Shown: positions 41,187 to 55,077, numbered from the stretch's first letter. The stretch: 64,000 nt of DNA from Octopus sinensis (GCF_006345805.1 NC_043000.1:111104001-111168000); one strand, 5' to 3'. The notes: generated from the sequence alone by a model not told the origin. A program made the numbers and translations.

Positions 41187-41542
41187 ATATATACATATAT
41201 ATATATATACAAATATATATATATATATTTATATATTTGCATATATATTTATATATATGTAGTCACACACACACACACACACAAACATTTATACAAGCGT
41301 GGTAAGGGACAACTACAAAGATATACACATACACATATGCTTATGTATGAATATAGTGAGCTTCTTTCAGTTTCCATCTACCAAATCTACTCACAAGGAT
41401 TTGGTCGGGCTGAGATTATAACGGAAAATACTTGACCAAATGTGCCACGCAGTTGGACTGAACTCGGAACCGTGTGATTGGGAAGCAATCTTGTTAGCAC
41501 CCACCCACGCCAGCGCCTTTATATATATACACACATACATAC

Positions 41543-41623
<81 letters not shown>

Positions 41624-41682
41624 AATGTGTGTGTATGTATGTATATGTGTGTGAGTGTATTGAGACAAACAGACAAATGGAC

Positions 41683-41767
<85 letters not shown>

Positions 41768-42388
41768 GAATAACTATTATTGGAAATCTATTTAGGTGAT
41801 TATAATTCAACTCGGCTGATTATCACTGCCGAATGAAAAGGGATAATTTGTGAAGACACAGCATGTAATTATTTCTAAATACCCTCCCATCTACCCAGCT
41901 CGCCTCCCTAACTATCCAGGCCACATTTGACAATCACATGGCGACTCATGTGAGAACTGAGATATATGAATCACATCTGTAACATTCATTGACAACAATG
42001 GGGATTTGTCGTCTGCCTGCCACCCAAGCATTATCTGCTGTTTGTCGTACCGCCATTATTACTGGCTGTTAATACATATTCAATAGAGCTTATTTGCTGT
42101 ATACAAATGATGCAAATAGCAAAGACCTGTTCTGTACTGTGGACAATGTATGATTTCGTTATTTATTATTATTAAGGCAGCGAGCTGGCAGAATCGTTTG
42201 CACGCCGGGAAAAATGCTTAGCGGCATTTTATCTGTCTTTATGTTCTGAGTTCAAATTCCGCCGAGGTCGACTTTGCTTTCATTCTTCGGGGTCGATAAA
42301 TTACGTACCGGTTGAGTACTGGGGTCGACGTAATTGACTCATCCCTCCCCCAAAATGTCAGGCCTTGTGCCTAAAGTAGAAAGGATCA

Positions 42389-42423
<35 letters not shown>

Positions 42424-42774
42424 GTTGTTGTTGTCTTCGTAGTTGTTGTGTGTATGTATGTAAAGCAGCGAGGAGACAGAATTACCACCGTGCCGGATAA
42501 CATGCTTAACGGCATTTTTCCGGCTCTGTACGTTCTGGGTTAATATTTCGCCAAGATCGACTTTGCTCTTCATCCTTTTGGGGTCTATAGAATTAGTACA
42601 TTGCTGAACATTGGGGTTGATGTGAACTCCTCTCTCAAAATTGCTGGCCTTGTGGCACAATTCGAAACCAGTGCACGTGCATGCGTGCATGTATGTGTGT
42701 GTATGTGTGCGTGTATTAATATGGGTGTATAAACAGCTTTTATACGTGTGTACCAAAAGATTGTCGTGACTTAC

Positions 42775-42897
42775 CCGTGTGTCGATTGTCTGGTATTCTT
42801 GTAAGTCAATTTTGTTGGCAACAAGGGTAACTTGTATGTCAGGAGGAGCGTATCGAGTGACATAGTTCAGCCAGGTGGGTATGGCTTCAAAGGTTTT
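42775..42897 (-). CDS. Rab5-like GTPase, coding exon 3 of 5 (123 bp; G4 NKID); absent from the ORF track
   Basis: TCTTTCAG| acceptor. KTFEAIPTWLNYVTRYAPPDIQVTLVANKIDLQEYQTIDTR. CGG|GTAAGT donor. Confidence 0.92.
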
Positions 42898-43088
42898 CTG
42901 AAAGACGAGAAAATCAACAAAACAAGAAAATCAACAAAACAAGAAAATCAACAAAACAAGAAAATGCTAAAACGGTTGTGACATGCACGATGAGTTCAAT
43001 GAATGGGATGGAAAAACATTGAAATAGATAGCTTGGCTTGTTTATAGAGCTCAGGTAATTCTTTGTTGAGGTGTCTGTCAGTGTATGT

Positions 43089-43121
<33 letters not shown>

Positions 43122-44771
43122 TGTGTGAGCATATAGAAGAGAGAGAGAAAAAATGTTTACGTATGTGTGAGAGAGAGAGGGGGGAACTGACAGAGAAAAT
43201 GTCTGTATGAGTGTGTGTAAATAGATAGACATGGGAGAGAATGTGTGTTCGTGTGTATGGGAGAAGAGAGAGACAGAATGTGCCAGTGGGTGTGTGAGAG
43301 ATAGAGAATATGTGTGTAGGTGTGTAAGAGACGAAGGGAGAGAGAGAATGTTTGTGCGCATGTGTGTAAAAGAGAGAGAGAGGGGGCGCGCGTACTTCAT
43401 CCACGGAGCTTATTTTTTTTTTATTTCTTCTTATTTTCCTTTTCTTGATGAAAGACAATTAAACCGAAACGTAAGAACATTCCTATAACATTTTTCATTC
43501 CAGTGTGAAACTAATATATTAACTTTGTATTTTAGTTGTTCTTCTGTGTTATTTATAAAAATACTCTTCTTAAGGGACAGTCATTGTTATTGAGGTTAAT
43601 GTTGTTTAGACCGCAGGTCAGCTCTGATCGATCTCTGAACAAGCGATGAAGGCGCGTGACCCGCTGATTAAGAAGTTGCACATACGATCGTTAGATTGTG
43701 GTGTAGATCCGAGGACCGGGCGGTGTGTTGTGTTCCCGAGAAAAATACTGCATTTCAAATTGCTCCAGTCCACTCAGCCGTGAACAAGGTCCAACAATAG
43801 CTGTGACGTTAACCCTGCGACAGACCAGTGGTGGGGGGAGTATAATCTCAGTCACTTATTAAGCCGTGGAAACTGGGTGAAGTTCCGGCCTTAAGAATCC
43901 TGGGACTCATAACAGACCTAAGCAGACAAAATTGTGATATTCAGGTTTTAAGCTGTAGTGCCGTGCTGGCTGTAGTATTGAGTGGTGTTGTTAACGATGC
44001 AGTGGTATTGGCTGTAGTCTTCTAATCATTCCTTTGCTATAATAAATAATTGATACAATATTAATGAAGATACGTATCACTAAATGGAAGGTTATCGAAT
44101 ATTTGCATTCATAGAATTACTAAATAACAAATGGAAATTTAAATCAGATCTGGGGCGATGCGCATCACTAGCTGCACGATTTCACACAACCCTCTGAGCT
44201 TTGAGTGTTTTTAGCAAAGTTGATGTTGTTGCAAGCATTCACACCAAATCCTCACTCTCCTTCGCGCTATTGTTTTTTCTTTTGTTTTCTTTTCTTTTTC
44301 TTCCATGAAACAAAGTCATGCAGATACAGATGTTCCCCGCTACGAAAGCGTTACAGACATGCCTCTCGTTACGAAAGCGTTGTGCGGATTAAAATTCCGA
44401 GATAATGATAGAAGTTAATGACCATAAGGGAAAAAAGAGAGTGAGAGGATGTGCGTTTCGAATTAGGGAACTTAGGGTAAAGAGCCCCTTCGGTCATGAA
44501 TCACCATAGGATTGCACCTAAAATGTTTCCCTCCAAGGCACAAGCCCGGGCAAGGTTGTTTATGGAAGACCAGCAGTCTACCATGCATACCAGCTTCCTT
44601 TCTCCATGCTACTGATGTTATCCTGGCTGACAGAGCTTCACACCAGTGACGTAGCAACTCATTTTACAGCTGAGTGAACTGGAGCACAAAATATTAGCAC
44701 ATTCAGGGATCGACCAGCCATACCAGTCTCACGACAATGCTGAGGGGAGAAAATTATACAGAGATTATGGG

Positions 44772-44772
44772 A

Positions 44773-44805
<33 letters not shown>

Positions 44806-45367
44806 TCATCATTGTTTGACCGTGGTCAAGACAATGGAATTTACCATGCTACGCCTTCTTCACGGTCCATCATGGCATTACGGAGGTCCTGTTGCTGGAT
44901 GCCTGTATCCCTGGAGATTACATCAGGGTAGGAGAGTGTGCGCCCTCTGGTATTGCGAGTAGATGGCTTCCAGAGGAGAAGGGTAGAAATTGCCTCGTTT
45001 TCAGCTCTACAACAATGTCCAGCAAACTGGACTCTCTTACCTTTCACAAAAGATGACACAAGTGGTAGTTTCCCATATATTTGCATTTTGGTTGGATGGC
45101 GCTTCCACGAGAGATTTTGAGCTCTCATAAGGAGGCGAGTGTAGGTTCCATCCAACCGCCTCTCAAGCTTCTTTGATAACGTCCAGGTTTCTGAGCCATA
45201 TAGTAGAATTGGTTCAACTGTGGCTTTGAAGATTTCAAGTTTGAAGTCTCTGCTTAGATTTGATGACCAGATCTTATGCATGTCATTACAGGCTGACCAG
45301 GCCATACCCTTTCTAGTTAGAAAGTCTTTTCCAGATGATGATATGTATGACCCAAGATATTTGTAAT
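44772..45367 (-). mobile_element. 5'-truncated RTE-clade LINE (3' end of ORF, short 3' UTR, (AGT)n tail) in Rab intron 2
   Basis: KYLGSYISS...IFKATVEPILLYGSETWTL...FAGHCCR...GRTLSYPDVISRDTG, open for more than 150 codons; both flanks are (TAC/AGT)n. Confidence 0.88.
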
Positions 45368-45377
45368 ACTACTACTA

Positions 45378-45424
<47 letters not shown>

Positions 45425-45499
45425 ACTAATCTTCTGACTGCATTATGAAAAACGATGATAGCCAAGTTTAATTTTTTTCTTTCTTTTTCTTTTTTTTCT

Positions 45500-46078
45500 G
45501 CTCTAGGCACAAGGCCCGAAATTTCAGGGGTGAGGACCAGTCGTATAGATCAACCCCAGTGCGTCACTGGTACTTATTTAATCGACCCCGAAAGGATGAA
45601 AGGCAAAGTGGACCTCGGCGGAATTTGAACTCAGAACGTAGCGCCGGACGAAATACCTATTTCTTTACTACCCACAAGGGGCTAAACACAGAGGGGACAA
45701 ACAAGGACAGACAAAGGGATTAAGTCGTTTATATCGACCCCAGTGCGTAACTGGTAATTTATTTATCCACCCCGAAAGGATGAAAGGCAAAGTCGACCTC
45801 GGCGGAATTTGAACTCAGAACGTAGCGCCGGACGAAATACCTATTTCTTTACTACCCACAAGGGGCTAAACACAGAGGGGACAAACAAGGACAGACAAAG
45901 GGATTAAGTCGATTATATCAACCCCAGTGCGTAACTGGTAATTTATTTATCCACCCCGAAAGGATGAAAGGCAAAATCGACCTCGGCGGAATTTGAACTC
46001 AGAACGTAACGGCAGACGAAATACTGCAATGCATTTCGCCCGGCGTGCTAACGTTTCTGCCTGCTCACCGCCTTATTT
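45500..46078 (-). mobile_element. SINE family B trimer (184-bp period)
   Basis: CCCCAGTGCG recurs at 45554, 45738 and 45922; a single head lies at about 46075. Confidence 0.85.
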
Positions 46079-46161
46079 GACTAAATATTAACTGATGTCT
46101 GGTTTATATGACCATTCTCTTGGTCCTTAACGGTTCTGTAATGCAGAAATAAGTTACCTAC

Positions 46162-46313
46162 CCTGTCTGTAATATCATAGATTAAAAGAGCAAATTTTGC
46201 GTCACGTAAATACATCGGCACCAAACTTTTGAAACGTTCCTGTCCAGCTGTGTCCCAGATCTGAAATAAGATTTTCCTGTTGCCCTCTGTAATGGTTTTG
46301 AAGACAAACACAG
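46162..46313 (-). CDS. Rab5-like GTPase, coding exon 2 of 5 (152 bp; G3 and switch II)
   Basis: TTTGCAG| acceptor. (A)VFVFKTITEGNRKILFQIWDTAGQERFKSLVPMYLRDAKFALLIYDITDR. AGG|GTAGGT donor. Confidence 0.93.
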
Positions 46314-46835
46314 CTGCAAAATAAATGAATAAACGCATAAATAAGCAAGCAACATGCAAAAACAGTTTGCAGGCAATCAAAGGTGGCCGATTGTTATTTC
46401 TACTTAAAAATTGTCAATTCAATGATATATATTTTAATGGGTGTTTCTGATTCTCGTTTTAGATATTAATTTATGGAAAAGCGAGGTGGGGTGGGATGGA
46501 GTTAGTGTCGATAATGTTTAATTTTAAGAAGCTGGTGGAGGAGGAAGAGGAGGGGAGAAGCGAAGAAAAAGAAGAGGAATAATAATAATAAGAAGAAGAA
46601 GAGGAAGAGGGAGAAGGAGGAGGAGATCATAATAGGAGATAGATTGAGACTGTACAGAGTCCTAGAATGATAAAGAAGAGGAAGAAAAGGAGGAGGAGGA
46701 GACCATGAAAGGAGATAGATTGAGGCTTTACATCGTTCTAGAATGATACAGTCTGAAGAGAAGAAAATTTGGTGAAGCACATCTATATACATATATCTCT
46801 ATTTCTTTTTACATATGTGTGTGTATGTGTGTGGT

Positions 46836-46893
<58 letters not shown>

Positions 46894-48005
46894 TTGTGTG
46901 TTTGTGTAGTCGTGTGTGTGTAGTTATGTGTGTGTATAGAAAAAGACAGGAGGGTCACCGCCGGAGTGCTTTTAATTTTATGTCTACTCGACTGGAAGTA
47001 ACCAAGAACTAAGAACAACAGCAACAACTCTCCAAAGATACGTGGCGTTTAAAAGGTGATAGCATTACTAACCATATCTATTCAAGAGGCTCATTACAGA
47101 ACCCCCCATTAATGTTATAATGAGATACAATCTATGTCTCTCTGAGAAATATTACATTCTTATTACATTTTCAAAAAGAGTCATAAAAAGCAAGACGATA
47201 TTGAAAAGTAAAACTATAAAGACATAACACAACTAAGGATGTAACACAGTGTTATGTGTTCGCTCTCGAAATTCTGTTTTCTCTTCTTCCAAAGGTAGGC
47301 TTAATCTGCCATCATGCTTACGTTAATAATAGCCAAGGGCCACGTAGAAGCCTTTAGGATTCTTTATCGGTCTTTCCTTTGTTACAAGCATTTGTGCTAT
47401 GTCTTCAGTATTTGGATAACTTCCATTCTTCGTCCTACCAGTTCCATAGGCCACGAAATGGCTCGTGAACTCTGCCCTTCGTTTGCAGATTAAACAATTA
47501 AATGATTTTTAGATTATATAAAAAGGTTATACGGGCATGGTAATGTGGTAAAACAAAGAGAAGCATGGCCATGTGGTTAAGAAAGTTGTTTTGTAACACA
47601 TGGTTTCGGATTCAGTCCCACTGCGCAGCAATTTGATCGATTTCTATTATAGCTCCGGGTCGACCAATGCTTTGTGAGCAAATTTCGTTGACGAAAACTG
47701 TGACAGAGCCTGTCATATATGTGTGAGTATCTTTATGTTGTGTTTGTTCCCCGCCATCATTTAATAACCGGTGTTGATTTGTTTACGTCTCCTTAACTTA
47801 GCAGTTCGGTCAAAGAAACCGATAGAATAAGTACTATATTTGAAAATAAATAAGCACCGGAGCCGATTTGTTCAGCTGAATCCTTCAAGGCGGTGCCCCA
47901 GCACGGCCGCAGTCCAGTGAATGAAATCATTAAAAGAGAAGAAAAGAAAGAAAGAATCGGGATTCGGGGGGAAACAATATTGAACATCTGAAGAATTCTC
48001 CTTAC

Positions 48006-48174
48006 CGCCAACTGTCGGTTTGTATAGTTCTTCGAAGTATCCTTTGGTAAACCTTAATGCCAAAGAAGATTTCCCAACCGATATGTCTCCAACCGTGACT
48101 ACCTTTACCTTCTGCACATTGGTTGGAGAAGAAATTTCTTGGTATTTTCCAGATAAGTTATTCGATTTCTTCAT
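48006..48174 (-). CDS. Divergent Rab5-family small GTPase, coding exon 1 of 5 (P-loop, switch I)
   Basis: MKKSNN...KVVTVGDISVGKSSLALRFTKGYFEELYKPTVG. Acceptor TTTTCAG|G just before the ATG implies an upstream non-coding exon. G|GTAAG donor (phase 1). Confidence 0.9.
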
Positions 48175-48413
48175 CCTGAAAACAAAACATGAAATTCCAA
48201 ATTAGAATTCCTAAAATACGTTTATCCAACTTTTATTTTTACCTTTTTCCTAACCCTAACCCTATCGACCCCGAAAGAATGAAAGGCAAAGTCGACCTCG
48301 GCGGAATTTGAACACATAGCGTAGCACCGAGTGAAATATCGCTAAGCATTTCGTCCAGCGTGCTAACGATTCTGCCAGATCGTCGCCTTATCGCCTTAAT
48401 AATAATAATAATA

Positions 48414-48477
<64 letters not shown>

Positions 48478-48809
48478 TTTGGTAATGATAATAATGGCTT
48501 TAATAGTTATGATAATAATGGTTTTAAATTTTAGTACTTGGCCAGATATTCTAGGGGAAGGAGATAAATTATTATAGTGGCCCCAATACTTCACTAATAC
48601 TTAATTTTATCAAACCCCGAAAGGTTGAAAGCGAAGTTGACCCCGGCTGGATTTTTAACCCGCAACGCAAAAGAAAGAGAAGAGATATTGTGCAATGAAG
48701 CTAAAAGTTTGAATGACCAAGCGGATATTCTTTGCGTTGTGTCTGTGCCACACTTGGGAGATTGCTGAAAGGAACACTCAACATGTGCTTCACAATATTT
48801 AAATTAGTA

Positions 48810-49390
48810 GGGGGCGGCGACCTGGCAAATCGTTAGCACGCCGGGCGAAATGCGTAGCCGTATTTCGTCTGCCGTTATGTTCTGAGTTCAAATTCTGCCG
48901 AGGTCGACTTTGCCTTTCATCCTTTCGGGTTCGATTAAATAAGTACCAGTTACGCACTGGGGTAGATGTAATCGACTTAATCCCTTTGTCTGCCCTTGTT
49001 TGTCCCCTCTATGTTTAGCCCTTTGTGGGCAATAAAGAAATAGGTATTTCGTCTGCCGCTACGTTCTGAGTTCAAATTCCGACGAGGTCGACTTTGCCTT
49101 TCATCCTTTCGAGGGCGCTTAAATAAGTACCAGTTACGCACTGGGGTCGATATAATCGACTTAATCCGTATGTCTGTCCTTGTTTGTCTCCTCTGTGTTT
49201 AGCCCCTTGTATGTAGTAAAGAAATAGGTATTTCGTCTGTCGTTACGTTCTGAGTTCAAATTCTGCTGAGGTCAACTATGCCTTTCGTCCTTTCAGGATT
49301 GATAAATTAAGTACCAGTTGCGTACTGGGGTTGATCTAATCGACTGACCCCTACCCCCAAAAATTTCGGGCCTTGTGCTTAGAGTAGAAA
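48810..49390 (+). mobile_element. SINE family B trimer
   Basis: One head, then three body units joined at AAAGAAATAG|GTATTTCGTCTG. Confidence 0.85.
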
Positions 49391-50078
49391 AGAAAAAACA
49401 AAAAAAAGAAAGATTAAGTTAGTATGGGGCGGCTACTTGGCAGAATCGTTACAGCGTTGGAAACATGCTTAGCGACATTTTTTCCGACTTTACCTTCGGA
49501 GTTCAAGTGCTGCTGGGGTCGACTTTTGCCTTTCATCCTTTAGGGGGTCGATAAATCGATAAAATAAAGTACCACTTGAACACTAGCATATTTATTTGCC
49601 AAAATGTTTATCAAAGATGGCGACGTCAGCAATAAGATAGTTATATCACACCCAGTGCACACATCCGAATCGCACAAACTAAACAGCAAAAACGGTTAAT
49701 GAGATTTTTGAAACTGGTGTTTAGCTTTTAAGACATTATCGTTATTTGCTTTGGAATTGCTGCATCCGACCAAGAGAATTGCTTTCAAATGTTCGTCGAT
49801 CAACTTCGTTCGATAGGCTGACTTCACATATTTCATTTTTGCTCGCAGACACAAGTTATTTCAAACGCTGATGCCATAGCAGGGGCAAATGAACTCTCAT
49901 TGCAGGAACTTACACAAAAAAGTAGAGTGCGGCGGCGAGCTGGATGAACTGACCTCGAAAGGCCGTAGTTTGGTAATCCCTGTCCTAGTGTGATCTCCTA
50001 ACAAGAACTAGGGGTCACTCACTTCTAGTAATGTGATGCACAACGCCTACATTCTCATTCACCCAAATACATACATAC

Positions 50079-50158
50079 CATGTTGTTGATGTTGAAATTC
50101 CAATGAAGGAACCATGGATCTAGGTTAGAAACCGGTTCTTTCTCTACTGGCAAGAAAT
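50079..50158 (-). other. Possible 5'-UTR exon of the Rab gene
   Basis: TTATTTCAAG| acceptor and ATG|GTATGT donor bracket 80 nt of unique sequence. The donor overlaps a (GTAT)n repeat, so it may be chance. Confidence 0.25.
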
Positions 50159-50241
50159 CTTGAAATAAACTGAATAATGAGATACATACATACATAGCAA
50201 CTATATGCATGAGAATACATACATAAAACATACAAATTTGC

Positions 50242-50288
<47 letters not shown>

Positions 50289-51065
50289 CATACATACATA
50301 CATACATACATACATACATACATACATACACTAAACTACGCTACACTATGCTCCTGCATTCGTTTTCCAGCTTCCCAGTAAACAGTTATCTTTCCTGAGA
50401 GACCAGCGACCAAGTGATGACACTACCCCGCTGACACCAATACGGCTCGCAATAAAGATTAAAAATGGAGGAACAGGGGAAGAAATAGTGAAATGGAATG
50501 GAGGAAACAGCTTCGCTGAAATGGCAGCAGTTATTAACAAAGGTTGACGTTTTAAAAAAAAGATAACTTTTTGCTCCAAGTGTCCAACTTCACCGATTCC
50601 ACTAACGTTTTGCTAGCATCGGATAACCTTTCTCTACTTCACACACAACACATTTCTCTCTCCCTCCTTCATAACACACCTCTCTCTGTCTGTCTGTCTC
50701 TCTCTCTCTATCTCTCTCTCTCCATAACACAGTTCTTTCTCCCTCAATCACGTTCTCTCTCTTATCAATCTATCTCTATCTACTTATCCTTCTATCTATC
50801 TATCTATCTATATATGTATGTGTGTGTGTGTGTTTATATATATGTATATATATATGTATATATATATATATGTATATATATATACATACATACATACACA
50901 CATATATATAAAACTATCTGTTTATCTAGCTGTCTATCTAACTATCTCACCCGCTCTTTTCCTCCTTCTTGCTAGCGATTTCTGTTATAGCCTCCCGGGC
51001 TGACAGGTGCTTTATGAGTGTACTAGGAAAACGTATGTGGTATGTGTGTGTGTACATACATGCAT

Positions 51066-51115
<50 letters not shown>

Positions 51116-52009
51116 AAATAGCGAACATTTTCTGGGAGGGAAAGGAGAGTTGCTTTCCATGGATCGATGTTAGCTGTGGCCGGAGCGTGACAGTTATATG
51201 TATGTAAACATGTTTGCCGCCACAACAAATTACCGTCCATGGGGGTAACAAGGAAATAATTCGTTTTTTAGTTCAGGAAAATACCTGGACTTTGTGCGTT
51301 ATTTAGAGTGATTCTCCTCTTGAACAAGCAAAGTTTTCGACATCTACTTCCATTTAGATGTGGTCCATGCCATTTCAACTGTTTCCAGTTGAGTTTCTCA
51401 CGTTGAGTGAAAAAGGGGAAACAACCCAAAGGATTTTACAGCGCTACTTTCTCCAATGGGATTTAGGGCTAGGCATATGATTGATGCAGCTTAAAGATTT
51501 TAAACATTATAATAGAGTGCAGACACTTGGCGGCGAGCTGGCAGAAACGTTAGCGCGCCGGACGAAATGCTTGGCGGTATTTCGTCTGTCGTTACGTTCT
51601 GAGTTCAAATTCTGCCGAGGTCGACTTTGCCTTTCATCCTTTCGGGGTCGATAAATAAAGTACCAGTTTCGCACTGGGGTCGATGTAATCGACTTAATCC
51701 CTTTGTCTGTCCTTGTTTGTCCTCTCTATGTTTATCCCCTTGTGGGCAATAAAGAAATATATAATAGAGTGGTAGGAGGCTGTGTTGATATACAATGGCC
51801 TTTCATTAGAATTTTCGGTAGGGCTTGAACCGGTGCCGAAATTGAACGGGACGTCTGAGAAAGGCTGGTCTCTGGAGCATTCTTAAGCCCTACAGAGTTA
51901 AGAGTGTGGATCGGGTTTTTCCTAAACTTGTTCAGGCTATGCCTATTCGTGACCACTCTTATTACATTGTGTCAGGCTAATTCTGCTTGTTGAATACGTT
52001 GACAGTCCA

Positions 52010-52110
52010 TGGGTGCCTCGGTAGCGGCGACAGAGATCCATTCACGTGACTTAGTTTGTCACGTAAACAAACATACAAAAAAAAAACAGGGATAAACGGA
52101 AGTGTGACGA
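52010..52110. promoter_or_regulatory. Candidate promoter cluster (E-box/CLEAR-like TCACGTGAC, ETS CGGAAGTG, CRE half-site)
   Basis: TCACGTGAC at 52042-52050, GTCACGT at 52058, CGGAAGTG at 52097-52104 followed by TGACG. Non-repetitive, CpG-containing DNA upstream of the Rab gene. Confidence 0.35.
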
Positions 52111-52240
52111 AACTGAAATGCTTTAATAAGGAAAGAAAACGAAAAGAGGAACGGCTGAGTCATTGATTTCTTCCAGTTATCATCGCCTCTCGTCATTCTA
52201 GCTCAACCTCACAGTTAGATAATCCACAGCCCTTTCTGTC

Positions 52241-52277
<37 letters not shown>

Positions 52278-52303
52278 TGTATGTATGTCATTATGTCTCT
52301 CCA

Positions 52304-52342
<39 letters not shown>

Positions 52343-52528
52343 GTTTATTTTGCCAGTTCTCGATATTTGGCTACTTTAAACTCACACACACGCACGCACA
52401 CACATACACAGAGACATACACACACACATACAACCAAGCACATAAAAATATATATACATTTATATATGTGCGTGTGCATGTAATTGTGTATATACATGTA
52501 TATGTGTGTGTATGTGTGTGTTTATAAA

Positions 52529-52609
<81 letters not shown>

Positions 52610-53151
52610 ATGCATGCACATATACACATATAGATACTACATATATAAAAGCACACACACGCACATATGAATGGGGTGTGTGTGTATAAATGCATGTATA
52701 ACACACTCTCTCCTTTCCTCTTCCACCTCTGTCTCTCTTTCTGTCTGTTAGTTCTAGATATTTGACCAACTTCGCTCTCTCTCTCACTCTCTCCTTTCTC
52801 CAGTCGCACACTCTCCTCTTCTCCCTCTTCTCCCCCCTCCACCCTCCTCAGCCAGATATTTGACCAATTTAAATGAAGGAAACACTTCAACCTTTTCCTA
52901 ACTTCATTTTTTTAATGAACTCTTGTAAAATCATAGCACGAGGATACAAATGCTCAAGCATCTCACTCTCTCTCTCTCTCTCACTCACTCGCACTCCCTC
53001 ACTCATTCACTCTCTCTCCCTCTCTCTCACTCACTCATTCACTCCCTCTCTCTCTCTCTTTCTGTTTCTTGTCTCTACGAGTGCTTGTGTGGTGTGTAGA
53101 ACAGTAATAGAGTCGTGTATATGCATTGATATATATATATAAATACAAGGA

Positions 53152-53214
<63 letters not shown>

Positions 53215-53317
53215 TCAGAGAAAAAGATAGGCGGATATAAATCCATAGGGGAATACTATTCTAGAGGGAAAGATTGACTGAGTGATATAACTAAATAGAT
53301 ATAATGAGACAAATACT

Positions 53318-53406
<89 letters not shown>

Positions 53407-53890
53407 AATCTATCTCTATCAATCTATCTATGTATCTATCAGCCAGTGTGTATGTATGAATGTATGTGCTTATCTCTATGCAAACATAAATGTAAATGTG
53501 TGTATGTGTATGTACTTGCGTGTGTAGAATTTTATCCGTCTATATCGACATGGTTGTTAGATAGGGCACTAAATTTCGTTGAAGAGTTTACATATATTAG
53601 CGATAGAGGTGCGGCAGTAATAACGGATGCCAGAGAATATAATCCATTCGAGGGACTTCTTTATAGTTTCCACCATCCCAATTTTACTGTCTAGTCTTGG
53701 ACCCGAAATAATAGTAAAAGACGTTCACCGAAGGCGCCATGGACTGGAATTGGTCTCAGAAATGTCGAAAGAGGCGAACTTTTCCATACGGATTCACACA
53801 CACCCACGCGCTCACATCCACCTGCAAGCACGCGCACACACACACACACACACACACCACACACACACACACACACACGCGCACACACAC

Positions 53891-53941
<51 letters not shown>

Positions 53942-54634
53942 GGCTAACGAAGTTTATTTCATGTTTCCTGTTTCTTTTGTCATTCATAACTTGGTATAAC
54001 GCTCCGTACTCGCCTAATGCATTACTCCAAAACATAAACATACTGTGTTCTACGAACTAGTTATTAGTACCGCTATGCTTAACCGTATGTGTATGTGTGT
54101 GTGTGTGTGCGTGCGAGTGGTAACTCGACATACATGATCCACACAACGTTCATCTTAATTCATCAAATCAAGATATTTATTCAATGAAAGTGCTCAACAA
54201 CTAATTGAAAATCATTTGGAGCTATGCTCAATGATTATGTGAAATAAAATAAACAAGAAGAATGTATCGTAAATATTCACATTTTATATATAAAATAAAA
54301 AACGGGTCAATTTACGTTATGTTAAACTTGCGGGTAATCTTCACCTCTAGTGGATTCTCTGTCTACTTGTTTCTTCAGCCGGTGGAGAGGGACACAGCTT
54401 CCTGCCACGTCTAGTTAAAACTAGCATTCGGCGACGGGAACGCACATGAGGAGGGAAGCGTATGTGTTTATATATAACTGGATCAATCCAGTGTAAACAA
54501 GACAGTACCCTTGTTTCATCTAATGAAGGCACAAAAACTTATCTCTCAGCCATAATCACCTCCGATTTTTGTATGTTTGCTTGTTTTTTGGGGTGTGGGG
54601 GTATATTGTACCCAGGTATGTAGTATCCACTGCA

Positions 54635-54809
54635 CACTGGCGTAGCTAGAGTGTGTGCCACTCGGAGCGGCGCTTCCGTTTTCCTCCCCCAGACCCCACA
54701 AAAGACACATATTGCCTACAGCAGACCCAAAAGTGGTGCCCCTTTAAAAGTGTTGCCCGGAGCGGACGGCCCCTAACAGCCCCGCCACCCGCCTCTAGCT
54801 ATGCTAGTG
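54635..54809. mobile_element. hAT-type MITE
   Basis: TIRs CACTGGCGTAGCTAGAG / CTCTAGCTATGCTAGTG (15/17 match); 8-bp TSD CCACTGCA / CCACTGTA. Confidence 0.75.
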
Positions 54810-54999
54810 CCACTGTATCTTATTTTTAAGACGGTGGGGGTTGAGTATGAGCTGAGAAAAATTTAGCTGTTAATTCCAACAGATCATTGACCATGTCATT
54901 AGATCCTCATTAGTTCGTCATTAATATGGTCGTTAAGTAATTAGGTCAGTATGTCAGTGGTGGTAGGTGAGGGAGATTAAATGAGGAGCGGGGGGGGGT

Positions 55000-55077
55000 T
55001 AGAAAGGTTGAGAGCGATGGGTAGTGTGTGAGGAGGCAGAGAGAGAGGGGGAGTAAGAATAACAGTGCATAAGATAG

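Noticed and set aside
45500-46078. Regular tandem repeats as a CRISPR-like array
   Set aside because: The 184-bp units are SINE bodies with no unique spacers and no cas genes; eukaryotic context.
48248-48262. Interstitial telomeric repeat (TAACCC)
   Set aside because: Only two units; expected by chance.
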